Shown: positions 1 to 8,986 of the stretch, in pieces | Layout of the letters: each line of letters begins with the position of its first letter | How positions within the stretch are numbered: position 1 is the stretch's first letter | Source: Akkermansiaceae bacterium | Lineage (GTDB): Bacteria; Verrucomicrobiota; Verrucomicrobiia; Verrucomicrobiales; Akkermansiaceae | Reading direction: 5' to 3' | DNA: 64,000 nucleotides | Assembly: GCA_051251915.1 (NCBI GenBank) | Contig: JBPOGF010000005.1 | Coordinates: 64,001-128,000, forward strand | Translations under genes and position numbers: made by a program | The notes under the pieces: model-generated | Databases searched by the model: none | The model's input: only the letters and a program-made list of their open reading frames with translations | Told to the model about the DNA's origin: nothing

Positions 1-896
1 GCGGCGAGTTCTAGGTTGTTGTCCCAGCCTATTTTCCAGGTGGGGTTTTGGAACATGAGGAGGTGGTTGTGGGCTAGGTCTACGGTGTGGAGGAGTTCTT
101 CATTGGTTTCTTGGCAGCGGATGCGGTAGATGGCGTGGCCGGGGGTGTGGCCGAAGCCGTTTTCGATGGTGATGGTGTTGTTTAGGTGGGTGGAGCCTAC
201 GGGGGTGAGTTGTGCGTTGGGGGTGAGTATTTCTAGGTGTTTTTTGGCTTGTTTGACCATGCCTGGGATTTGTTTTGGGTTGCGCTTGGTGTTGGAGAAG
301 TCTGGGCTTGGTGAGCGCCAGTAGTTGTATTCTTCTGGGGTGATGTTGAGGGCGGCGTTGGGGAAGGTGGGTTTACCGTTGGTGGTGAAGCCGGCGATGT
401 GGTCTGAGTGGCAGTGGCTGAGGAAGGTGTGGGTGATCTGGTCTGGGGTGATGCCTATGCTTGCTAGGCCGGGGGTGAGCCAGCCACGGTTGTTCTTTTC
501 TGGGCCGCCGAATCCGGCATCGAATAGGGCGAATTCTGTGCCTACTTTGATGAGTAGGATGTTTACGTAGAGGGGGATGTGGTCTAGGGGTTCTGAGTGG
601 TCTTTGAGGGTTTGTGCCATGTTCTCACGCTGGGATTCTGGGTACATGAGGTTGATGCCTTGGCCGATTTTCATGTATCCGTCGCTGATGGACCAGGCGT
701 CTATGTTGCCGATTTTGAAGTGGTAGACGTAGGGGTTACGTTGGTTTGTCTTGGGAGTTGTCTTGAGGTTTGGGGGTAAGTTTTTTTCTTTAGCTGGTGG
801 GGTTTCTTTGGCTAGGAGGGTGGGGGCGGAGATGAGTCCGGTGGTGGCGGCTATGCTGGATAGGCTGAGAAATTGGCGACGAGTGGAGTTTTGCAT
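1..896 (-). CDS. Tat-exported MBL-fold metallo-hydrolase (partial, runs off window start)
   Basis: Hand-translated from ATG at 896: MQNSTRRQFLSLSSIAA (twin-Arg signal), SHCHSDH (HxHxDH), FGHTPGH, VDLAH; open to base 1. Confidence 0.85.
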   Translation of the reverse strand, partial: MQNSTRRQFLSLSSIAATTGLISAPTLLAKETPPAKEKNLPPNLKTTPKTNQRNPYVYHFKIGNIDAWSISDGYMKIGQGINLMYPESQRENMAQTLKDHSEPLDHIPLYVNILLIKVGTEFALFDAGFGGPEKNNRGWLTPGLASIGITPDQITHTFLSHCHSDHIAGFTTNGKPTFPNAALNITPEEYNYWRSPSPDFSNTKRNPKQIPGMVKQAKKHLEILTPNAQLTPVGSTHLNNTITIENGFGHTPGHAIYRIRCQETNEELLHTVDLAHNHLLMFQNPTWKIGWDNNLELA

Positions 897-968
897 TTTT
901 GGTTGTTTTCTAGTTTGAAGGTTAAAGACTTGGTGCTCTGGTGGCTAGGGTTGATGCCTGCGGCGCTT

Positions 969-1062
969 ACCACGAATAGCACGAATTTTCACGAATGTTG
1001 CTTGGGTTTTGGGCTTGGGTTGATGGATTTTCTGAACCACGGAATGCACTGAAAGCACGGAA
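969..1062. repeat. Two short clusters of CACG(G)AA-type repeats with 9-10 nt spacing
   Basis: accacgaatagcacgaattttcacgaat at 969-996 and aaccacggaatgcactgaaagcacggaa at 1035-1062. Confidence 0.6.
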
Positions 1063-1158
1063 CTTGGTTGATGGGTAGGGAAGCTTGGGTTGATTGTGTT
1101 TACTATGATCGCGAAATATAAAAAATTTAGGAAAGGTTGGCGTTGCTTGGGCTGATGG

Positions 1159-1758
1159 TTAGTCGATGTATTCGGCGACTATTTTCCATTTGCCGGTGGG
1201 TTGGTCTTGGCGCATTTGGAAGAGGATGAAGTCGTTCCCTTTGGGTGGGGCAAGCTTGATGAGTTTGTCTCCTTTGAGGATTTCAAAGTGTAGCTTGCCG
1301 TCTGGTGTTGCTACTGGGTCTGATGGTTTTATGGCGAAGTTTCCAGGTTTGATTTCTAGATTACTGAAGGTGAAGCTGTTGATTATTTGTAGCATGCGTT
1401 CTTTTTTTGGGGGAAGTTTTTTGGCTTGGGCTTTGGCAAGGTTTAGGTCGATCAGTTCCTTTGCTGATAGTTCTATGGCAACGTTGCGTCCGCCGGCTTT
1501 TGCTTTTTCGATGTTATACTCGGGTTTTAGGAACTCGTGTCCTGGCATGAGTTTGACTGTTTTGGCGTAGCTAGTTAGCATGTGTTTTTGATCCGCTGTG
1601 AGCATGGCGGTGACGTGCTGCTTGGCTTCTGGAGGGACTTGGTTGTTGTCGAGTTCTTCTATGGGGGTTTAGGTGTCAGTGTCTATTTTCGCTTGGGTGA
1701 GTGGAGCGAATGTGAGTGATATTAGGGGGATGTAGAGGTAAGTTTTTAGTTTGCGCAT
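1159..1758 (-). pseudogene. Secreted hypothetical protein interrupted by an in-frame TAA at codon 30
   Basis: ATG at 1758 gives signal peptide MRKLKTYLYIPLISLTFAPLTQAKIDTDT, then TAA (1669-1671), then the same frame continues into the 148-aa ORF 1159-1605. Confidence 0.7.
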
Positions 1759-1853
1759 GGTGTAGTTTAAAAAAGTGGAGGAGTGAAGTCGAGATAGATT
1801 GTGGGGAGGAGGTTTAAAGGCTTTTTTGATGGGTATGGAATTTGGGTTAGGGG

Positions 1854-2855
1854 TTATTTTGTGGTTACTTGGTTGGGGGTGGGGGTGTTGTTTTGGAAGT
1901 GGGTGAGGTTTTGTAGGGTGGTTTCTGCGATGTTTTTTAGGGCTTCTTTGGTGAAGAAGGCTTGGTGGCCGGTGATGAGGACGTTGGGGAAGGTCATGAG
2001 GCGCATGAGGGTGTCGTCTTGGACGATGCCGCTGGAGAAGTCTTGGAAGAAGAAGTCACGTTCGTCTTCGTAGACGTCCATGCCTAGGTAGCCTAGGTGG
2101 CCGGATTTGAGGGCTTGGATGGCGGCTTTGGCATCGACTAGGCCGCCACGGCTGGTGTTGATGAGGATGAGTCCGGGTTTGGATTTGGCGAGGGTGTCAG
2201 CGTTGTAGAGGTGGTGGGTGGAGTCTAGGAGTGGGCAGTGGAGGCTGACGATGTCTGCTTCTGCGAAGATGCGTTCTGGGGAGACGATTTCTATGCCGAG
2301 GGTTGTTTTTAGTTCTAGGCATTCTTGGCTGGGTTGGGGGTCTGAGATGAGGACTTGGCAGCCGAAGCCGTGCATGATTTTGGCGAAGCAGATGCCGATT
2401 TTCCCGGCGCCGAAGATGCCGACGGTTTTGTGGTAGAGGTCGATTCCTAGGAGGCCGTCGATCTCGAAGTTTCCTTCGCGGACGCGGTTGTAGGCGCGGT
2501 GGGTTTTGCGGTTGAGGGTGAGGAGCATGGCTACGGCGTGCTCGGCTACGGCGTGTGGGGAGTAGGCGGGGACGCGGGCAACGAGGATGCCGAGTTCTGC
2601 GGCGGCTTGTAGGTCGATGTTGTTGAATCCGGCGCAGCGGAGGACGATGAATTTTATTCCTAGGTGGTGGAGTTTTTCGAGGCAGGGGCGTGGGAGTTCG
2701 TCGTTTACGAAGACGCAGACGGCTTGGCTGCCGGCGGCTAGGTGGGCGGATTCTTGGCTGAGGTGGTCTTTGTAGTATTGGATGTGGTGGTTGTGGGGGA
2801 TGGCGTTGAAGCTTTTTTTGTCGTAGGGTTTGGCGGAGAAGAATGTGATGTTCAT
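1854..2855 (-). CDS. ldhA: D-2-hydroxyacid dehydrogenase / D-lactate dehydrogenase
   Basis: LRCAGFNN, VPAYSP, GAGKIG, LHCPL, INTSRG, DVYE, TGHQAF motifs; start trimmed to MNITFFS. Confidence 0.9.
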   Translation of the reverse strand: MNITFFSAKPYDKKSFNAIPHNHHIQYYKDHLSQESAHLAAGSQAVCVFVNDELPRPCLEKLHHLGIKFIVLRCAGFNNIDLQAAAELGILVARVPAYSPHAVAEHAVAMLLTLNRKTHRAYNRVREGNFEIDGLLGIDLYHKTVGIFGAGKIGICFAKIMHGFGCQVLISDPQPSQECLELKTTLGIEIVSPERIFAEADIVSLHCPLLDSTHHLYNADTLAKSKPGLILINTSRGGLVDAKAAIQALKSGHLGYLGMDVYEDERDFFFQDFSSGIVQDDTLMRLMTFPNVLITGHQAFFTKEALKNIAETTLQNLTHFQNNTPTPNQVTTK

Positions 2856-3020
2856 GGTGGTTGTAGTTGGGGTTAGGTGTGAGTGGTGTGTGGGTAGTAT
2901 GCTGGAGGTGTGTGGGATTTGCAATTTGTTAGAGGTGTGTGGGGGAGGATAAAGGCTTGGGTTGTGTGCTTGGGTTTATGCTTGATGAAAGATGGGGGGA
3001 TGGGGTAAGTATATATATTC

Positions 3021-4895
3021 ATGAAATCTATTAATAATATGGGAGTTAGTGGTGTGGTTGTTGGTTGTTGGCTTTTTGGAGCTGGGTTGGTTGTTGGTGG
3101 TGAGGGGGTGGTTGTGTCTGGGGAGTTGAGGGAGTGGCATAAGGTGACTTTGACGGTGGATGGGCCGGAGGCGGGTGAGATGGATGTGAAGCCGAAGTTG
3201 AATCCGTTTGTGGATTTGGTGTTGGATGTGCGGTTTAGGCATGAGTCTGGGGAGCCGGATTATTTGGTGCCGGGGTATTTTGCGGCGGATGGGAATGCGG
3301 GGGAGAGTGGTGCTAGTGAGGGGAGTAAGTGGCGTGCGCATTTGAGTCCGGATAAGGTGGGGAAGTGGGAGTATACGGTGAAGTTTGAGGGTAGTGAGGT
3401 GGATGGTACGAAAGGGAGTTTTGTGGTGGGTGAGAGTGATAAGCCGGCTGGGGGGATTGATTTGCGTGGTAAGGGGAGGTTGGAGTATGTGGGGAAGCGG
3501 TATTTGAGGCATAAGGGGAGTGGGGAGTGGTTTTTGAAGGCTGGGGCGGATTCGCCTGAGACGTTTTTGGCTTATGCGGATTTTGATGGGACGAGGGCGA
3601 ATAATGCTAAGAAGTGTCCGTTGAAGAGTTGGGAGCCTCATGTGAGGGATTGGAAGGCGGGTGATCCGAGTTGGCAGGGTGGTAAGGGGAAGGGGATGAT
3701 AGGGGCGATCAATTATCTGGCGAGTAGGGGGGGGAATGCGTTTTCATTTATTCCTTATAATGCTGGGGGTGATGGGGATAATGTGTGGCCGCATGTGAGT
3801 AGGAAGGATAAGTTGCATTTTGATTGCTCAAAGTTGGATCAGTGGGGGATGGTGTTTGATCATGCGACGTCGAAGGGGATGTATTTGCATTTTAAGTTAC
3901 AGGAGACTGAAAATGATGATAAGAAGGGGCCGGGTGCGGATCAGGCGCTGGATGGGGGTGAGCTGGGGCCTGAGAGGAGGGCTTATTTGCGTGAGATGGT
4001 GGCTAGGTTTGGGCATAATTTGGCGTTGAATTGGAATATAGGTGAGGAGAATACGCAGTCTATTGAGCAGGTTGTGGAGCAGGCGAAGTATCTTAGGGAG
4101 ATAGATCCTTATGGTCATTTGGTGGTGTTGCATACGTATCCGAGTCAGCATGAGAAGTATTATGGGAAGTTGCTGGGGATGAAGGATGTGCTTACTGGGG
4201 TGTCGATTCAGAACTCGGATGTGGCGAAGTGCCATGAGGATGCGCTGAGGTGGGTGGAGAGGTCTGAGGAGGCTGGGCATCCATGGGTGGTGGCGTTTGA
4301 TGAGGGTGGTAGTGCTGGTGTGGGGAGCTCTGCGGATCCGGATTATCCGGGGATGGCGGAGGCGCTGAAGAAGAATAGTAGGAGTAAGAAGTCGGAGAAG
4401 ATTCCGAGTGTGGATGATGTGAGGGCGAGGGTGCTGTGGGGGACGCTGATGGCTGGTGGTGCTGGGGTGGAGTATTATTTTGGGTATAAGCTGCCGGAGA
4501 ATGATCTGAAGGCTGAGGACTGGCGGAGTAGGGATATGACTTGGGGGTATAGTGGTGTGGCGCTGAAATTTTTCCGTGATTCTGGGGTTCCTTTTTGGGA
4601 GATGGTGAATACGGATGGGTTGCTTGGTAAGCTGAAGAAGAATGAGGGGTATTGTATGTCTAAGGCGGATGAGGTTTATTTGGTTTATCTGCGGAAGGCG
4701 GGTAAGCAGGAGCTGGATCTGACTGGGACGAAGAAGAGTTATGGGGTGCAGTGGTTTAATCCGCGTGATGGTGGGGAGCTGCAGGTGGGGAGTGTGAAGG
4801 TGGTGACTGGTGGTGGGAAGGTGGATCTTGGGGGGCCTCCTAGTGGTGGTGATGGGGGGAAGGACTGGGTGGTGCTTCTGAGTGCGAATGAATAA
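3021..4895 (+). CDS. Secreted DUF5060-type putative glycoside hydrolase with C-terminal collagen-binding-like domain
   Basis: WHKVTLT..GP, PGYFAADG, WNIGEEN, DPYGH, WFNPRDG motifs; N-terminal hydrophobic signal. Confidence 0.7.
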   Translation: MKSINNMGVSGVVVGCWLFGAGLVVGGEGVVVSGELREWHKVTLTVDGPEAGEMDVKPKLNPFVDLVLDVRFRHESGEPDYLVPGYFAADGNAGESGASEGSKWRAHLSPDKVGKWEYTVKFEGSEVDGTKGSFVVGESDKPAGGIDLRGKGRLEYVGKRYLRHKGSGEWFLKAGADSPETFLAYADFDGTRANNAKKCPLKSWEPHVRDWKAGDPSWQGGKGKGMIGAINYLASRGGNAFSFIPYNAGGDGDNVWPHVSRKDKLHFDCSKLDQWGMVFDHATSKGMYLHFKLQETENDDKKGPGADQALDGGELGPERRAYLREMVARFGHNLALNWNIGEENTQSIEQVVEQAKYLREIDPYGHLVVLHTYPSQHEKYYGKLLGMKDVLTGVSIQNSDVAKCHEDALRWVERSEEAGHPWVVAFDEGGSAGVGSSADPDYPGMAEALKKNSRSKKSEKIPSVDDVRARVLWGTLMAGGAGVEYYFGYKLPENDLKAEDWRSRDMTWGYSGVALKFFRDSGVPFWEMVNTDGLLGKLKKNEGYCMSKADEVYLVYLRKAGKQELDLTGTKKSYGVQWFNPRDGGELQVGSVKVVTGGGKVDLGGPPSGGDGGKDWVVLLSANE

Positions 4896-4896
4896 T

Positions 4897-4930
4897 TCTA
4901 ACAGTGTGATCTAACAGTGTAATCTAACAG
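4897..4930. repeat. 13-bp tandem repeat TCTAACAGTGTRA x2.6
   Basis: tctaacagtgtga tctaacagtgtaa tctaacag, intergenic. Confidence 0.85.
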
Positions 4931-4940
4931 AAAAAAAATT

Positions 4941-5570
4941 ATGAAAAAATTAATGACATTAAGATGGGCGTTTATGGCGCTGGGGGCTTCGCATGTGTCT
5001 GCTCTTGGGGCGGATGTGTTTGAGGGGAAGGATGGGCTAGTGGTGATGGAGGCGGAGTCGACTAAGTCTTCTAAGGGGAAGTGGAAAAAACTTACCTCTG
5101 TGAAGGAATTTACGGGTGATTCGCATTTTGAGTTTACTGGGAATAAGCCAGCGAGTGGGCCGGCTAAGAATCCGCTGAAGTATTCATTCACGGTGGATAA
5201 GGATGGGGATTATAAGTTGTTGATTAGGGCGTTTAAGAGGCTGGACGGGGAGCCGAAGGATAGGTGTAATGATTGTTATGTGAAGCTTAAGGGAGATTTT
5301 GAGAGTGGTGGGGATGCGCCGTTGAAGATGTTGAAGGAAGATACGAAGTTGTATGGTGGGCATCATGAGAAGTGGGGGTGGACGAGTAAGCTGGATGAGG
5401 GGCATAAGAAGTTTAATCCGGTTTATAAGTTGAAGGCGGGGGAGACTTATTTGCTTACTGTTTCTGGGAGGTCACAGAGGTTTAATATGGATAGGATTGT
5501 GTTTAGGCATTCTTCAGTGAGTGATAAGAAGGCGATGGATGTGAAGCTGGAGGAGAGTGGGAAGAATTGA
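4941..5570 (+). CDS. Secreted hypothetical protein (possible beta-sandwich/carbohydrate-binding module)
   Basis: Signal peptide; VVMEAE start and GRS.RF.MDRIV end typical of CBM-like domains. Confidence 0.55.
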   Translation: MKKLMTLRWAFMALGASHVSALGADVFEGKDGLVVMEAESTKSSKGKWKKLTSVKEFTGDSHFEFTGNKPASGPAKNPLKYSFTVDKDGDYKLLIRAFKRLDGEPKDRCNDCYVKLKGDFESGGDAPLKMLKEDTKLYGGHHEKWGWTSKLDEGHKKFNPVYKLKAGETYLLTVSGRSQRFNMDRIVFRHSSVSDKKAMDVKLEESGKN

Positions 5571-5598
5571 GAATTAGGAATTGGGAATTGGGAATTGG
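5564..5598. repeat. Heptamer tandem repeat GAATTRR x5
   Basis: gaattga gaattag gaattgg gaattgg gaattgg between convergent genes. Confidence 0.8.
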
Positions 5599-5638
5599 GG
5601 CTGGGTGCTTTGATGGCTTGGGTTTTTGGTTTTTGGTG

Positions 5639-6223
5639 TTAGATGAGGCCGAAGGTTAGGAGGATGCCGTTGTTGGTGACGTTCATTTTTTTGAGGAGGC
5701 CTAGGCCTGTTTGGTTGGGGATGGTGTAGACTGGGTAGCGTTCTAGGATGTCATTTCCTATTAGGTTGGCGATGTCTCGGATGCCTGTGGTGAGCTGGGG
5801 GTTGACGCCGTTTAGGGTGAGGTCTTCTAGGGTGGAGTCTTTTAGGAATATGCCGCGGGTGGTGGGGTCGTAGCGGAGGCCGCAGGCTAGCTGGGATGTG
5901 CCGCCAAACTGTCTGCCACCGATGAGGCCGCCTTGGGTGGTGAGGCCTACGCGGATTTTTTCTGCATCAGGGATGGGGCTGATGATGGGGTTGGAGAAGT
6001 TGACGGCGGCTAGGCCTTGGTAGCTTTTTTGGTAGGGGAAGTAGGGGGAGAGTTTGGCCATGATCATTTGGGGTTGGATGAGGATGGTGGGCATGAGTCC
6101 GGAGCCTATGCCGAGGTTTCCTAGTCCTGCTACGTTGGTGCAGTTGTTGAGGAGGGCGGTGGTGCCTAGTGTGGTGAGTCCGAGGAGGAATTTGCGTTTT
6201 GTGAGTTGGGGTGTGTTTTGCAT
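5639..6223 (-). CDS. DUF1439/YceB-like lipoprotein
   Basis: KRKFLLG..LLNNC signal/lipobox; FPYQK, LRYDP, YPVY pattern. Confidence 0.6.
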   Translation of the reverse strand: MQNTPQLTKRKFLLGLTTLGTTALLNNCTNVAGLGNLGIGSGLMPTILIQPQMIMAKLSPYFPYQKSYQGLAAVNFSNPIISPIPDAEKIRVGLTTQGGLIGGRQFGGTSQLACGLRYDPTTRGIFLKDSTLEDLTLNGVNPQLTTGIRDIANLIGNDILERYPVYTIPNQTGLGLLKKMNVTNNGILLTFGLI

Positions 6224-6417
6224 GGGGGGAGTTTGAGGTGTGAATTTTGAAGTGTGAAGGGTGAATTTTGCTTGGGTTGATGGTGGGTGGATATTTTTTT
6301 GAGATTAATTGGAATACTTTTGGGTGGTGGTGGCTCTAAGTATTAAGCAATCGATTGTGCCTTAGAGTGATAGGTGTGGTTGTGTTGTGATCTAAATACG
6401 AATTAATAAATAAAAAT

Positions 6418-6867
6418 ATGAATATAATTAAATATGTAATGGTGTTGTTGGCAGTGACGATGAATCTCTATGCGGCTCCTGATAAGATGGAGAGTAAGTT
6501 AGCATTGGGTGGGTATTGTCCTGTGTGTTATATCGCTGCTGATAAGGCAAATATGGGTGATGCGAAGTTCACTTCTGAGTTGAAGGGGATGAGATATCAG
6601 TTTGTGAGTGCAAAGACTAAGGCGATGTTTGATGCTGATCCTACGAAGTTTCTTCCTGAGTATGATGGGTATTGTGCTTATGGTATGAGCTTGGGTAAGA
6701 AGTTTGAATCTGATCCGACCACGTATACTGTGGTGGATGGTAAGATTTATCTGAACAAGAATGCTGAGGTTAAGGAGCTGTTTGCTAAGGGGACTGAGGG
6801 TCTGATTGTGAAGGCTGATAAGGAGTGGGCTTCTATGGAGAAGAAAAAGATGGAAATGAAGAAGTAA
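6418..6867 (+). CDS. Secreted YHS domain-containing protein
   Basis: GGYCPVCY, YQFVS, F.ADP.K..PEYDGYCAYG, DGKIYLN. Confidence 0.85.
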   Translation: MNIIKYVMVLLAVTMNLYAAPDKMESKLALGGYCPVCYIAADKANMGDAKFTSELKGMRYQFVSAKTKAMFDADPTKFLPEYDGYCAYGMSLGKKFESDPTTYTVVDGKIYLNKNAEVKELFAKGTEGLIVKADKEWASMEKKKMEMKK

Positions 6868-6907
6868 TCTGTCTGTTTTTTCAGAGATTATTATAAGTTT
6901 GTTTGGG

Positions 6908-6959
6908 TCATTCGCCTTCATTCTCCTCTAGGGGTGGATGGAGGCGGATGATTTTTTTT
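6908..6959 (+). terminator. Intrinsic terminator
   Basis: Hairpin tcattcgccttcattc / ggatggaggcggatga followed by T8. Confidence 0.75.
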
Positions 6960-7012
6960 GTTGAGGGTGGGGTGGTTTTAAGGGGTGACAGGAGGGGTGA
7001 GTTTCTTAGAGT

Positions 7013-8974
7013 GTGATGATGCTAGATAGAGATGAAGAGACTGCGCGTGAGCTGGCGGCTGAGAGAACTGATGAGGAGCTGGCTGAGGTGTTGAGTTCTT
7101 ATGGGTCGAGGTGGTTTTCTTGGTGGCGGGTTTTGTTGGGTGTTTTGGTGTTGGTTTCGGTGGGGTTGATGATGGGGAGTTGTGTGGAGAAGGGGGAGCG
7201 TCTGAGGGAGTATTTGGGGTATGGGGAGATGATGGATTTGAGTGAAGATAGTATGGAGGTGCTTAGGTTGGCGGCGGAAAAGCGAAAGAGTTTAAAATTG
7301 AAGAGGTGGGAGTCTGATAAAACGAACAAAAGTTATTTTATGGATTATGTGGTCACTTCTTTTGATCTAGATGTGGATTCTATAGAGGATGTTTTAGAGA
7401 ATGCTGAGAGGGTAGATCCTGGGAATAGTTATTATTATTATTTGGCGGCGATTATTCATACGGCCTCTCATGATGGGACTACTTGTGTGAAGAAGATTAA
7501 ATCTGCAAGGCCTGTTACGTTCCCTAAAGAACGTGGACTAGTGGAAGAGTGGGAGGTGCTGAATAGGGAGCAGTATGAGGAGTCTCTGAGCTATATAAAG
7601 AAGGCTGGAGAACGGGAGGGCATTTTGAATAGGACTTTAGATTTTCGATTCTCAAAGTTAGTAAAGTTTAGGGAAATGAAGGAGGAGGGTGAGTTGGACT
7701 GGCTGGGGGAGAGGTTGGCTATGTCTGAGCTCGTAATGGATGATAATTTTTCTATGAAGATGATGGGGACGAGCCGGATATTTTCGACTAAGTTTTATGA
7801 GTTATCGCAGAATGGTTCTGAGGTGGAGGTTCGTTTTTGGATAGATGAATATGTGAAGCTGGTTGAGTCGTTGTTGAGTGAGCGCGGGTTGATTGTTGAT
7901 GTCATAGTGGCTAAGGCATTAATGATGGCTCCTGTAGGAAATATGAGGGCGGCTGCCGAGAGAGCAGGGATGACTGATGTGGTGGAGAATCTCACGAAGT
8001 ATATAGATCAATTGAATGCTGATGAGGAGGCTCGTGAGGTTAGATGGAAGATGCCTAAGAAGGAGAGAGATGAGTTTGCTGATGAGGAGTATTCGCGTGA
8101 TGCCTATCTTATGCATGAGATGGGGGAGCAACTCTTAAGGTATGTGAAGGAGAAAGATCAGGTTGTGCTGACGTCTTCTAAGGCGGGGAGGCTTGGAGAT
8201 CATGCATTTATTGGGAAGTTATTTGTGTTGTTAATCTGCACAGTTTTGGTGCTGATTGTGTTAGGAATGTGGGTGTTCTTTTTTGCTAGGCGAAGGGAAA
8301 TGCGAGTGATGAGTATGCAGGCGCTGGGGGCATTGATGGTGATGGATGGGGTGATGATTTTATTAGTTGGAGTGGTTTTTCCTGTGGTGCTTTATGTTGT
8401 GGTTAATGAATGGATGGCTCTGGGGCTGAGTGTGCGGGACTGGAGTGTGGTGGCTCTTTCGGGTGCGATGGTATTACTTCAATTTGTGGGGATGGTGGTG
8501 ACTGTGCTGACGTTGAGTATGGCGCTGCTACATTGGCGGCTGAGTGTTAGGTTACCGGGTTTGGTGAGTAGAGTGAGGGGGCTCTCGTGGGTGTTGCCGG
8601 GACTTTCATTTAGTGCGATGATATTGGTAGGGATGACGGATGCGAAGAGTGATGTGTTACCTTGGGTGCTTGCAGGTGGGTTTCTTTCGCTGGCGTTTCT
8701 AGGCTGGGTAGTACTCGCTGGAGTGGGTGCGTTTAGGAAAAAAGAGGAGTTGTTGAGAGTTGCAATGTGCAGGGGGGTGCTGACGGTTTATTCTTGTGCG
8801 CTGGTGGTGTTTGTTAGTTTGTATTTCTATTATGCTTCTGAGGAGAGATATTGGGTATCGCAGAGTGAGGATATTACTTTTAAAGAAGAGTTACTGGGAG
8901 TAACTACGATAGAATATAGAGTGGCTCAGCAGATGCGTAGGGAGCTGGAGGAGAGGTTGGAGTTGATACGGTAA
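7013..8974 (+). CDS. Hypothetical multi-pass membrane protein (paralog A)
   Basis: 653-aa ORF; N-terminal TM, large extracytoplasmic region, about 6 C-terminal TM helices. Confidence 0.75.
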   Translation: MMMLDRDEETARELAAERTDEELAEVLSSYGSRWFSWWRVLLGVLVLVSVGLMMGSCVEKGERLREYLGYGEMMDLSEDSMEVLRLAAEKRKSLKLKRWESDKTNKSYFMDYVVTSFDLDVDSIEDVLENAERVDPGNSYYYYLAAIIHTASHDGTTCVKKIKSARPVTFPKERGLVEEWEVLNREQYEESLSYIKKAGEREGILNRTLDFRFSKLVKFREMKEEGELDWLGERLAMSELVMDDNFSMKMMGTSRIFSTKFYELSQNGSEVEVRFWIDEYVKLVESLLSERGLIVDVIVAKALMMAPVGNMRAAAERAGMTDVVENLTKYIDQLNADEEAREVRWKMPKKERDEFADEEYSRDAYLMHEMGEQLLRYVKEKDQVVLTSSKAGRLGDHAFIGKLFVLLICTVLVLIVLGMWVFFFARRREMRVMSMQALGALMVMDGVMILLVGVVFPVVLYVVVNEWMALGLSVRDWSVVALSGAMVLLQFVGMVVTVLTLSMALLHWRLSVRLPGLVSRVRGLSWVLPGLSFSAMILVGMTDAKSDVLPWVLAGGFLSLAFLGWVVLAGVGAFRKKEELLRVAMCRGVLTVYSCALVVFVSLYFYYASEERYWVSQSEDITFKEELLGVTTIEYRVAQQMRRELEERLELIR

Positions 8975-8986
8975 GATTGAAAAATT

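Noticed and set aside
969..5598. Short repeats as a CRISPR array
   Set aside because: Units are 7-13 bp and tandem, with no unique spacers and no cas genes
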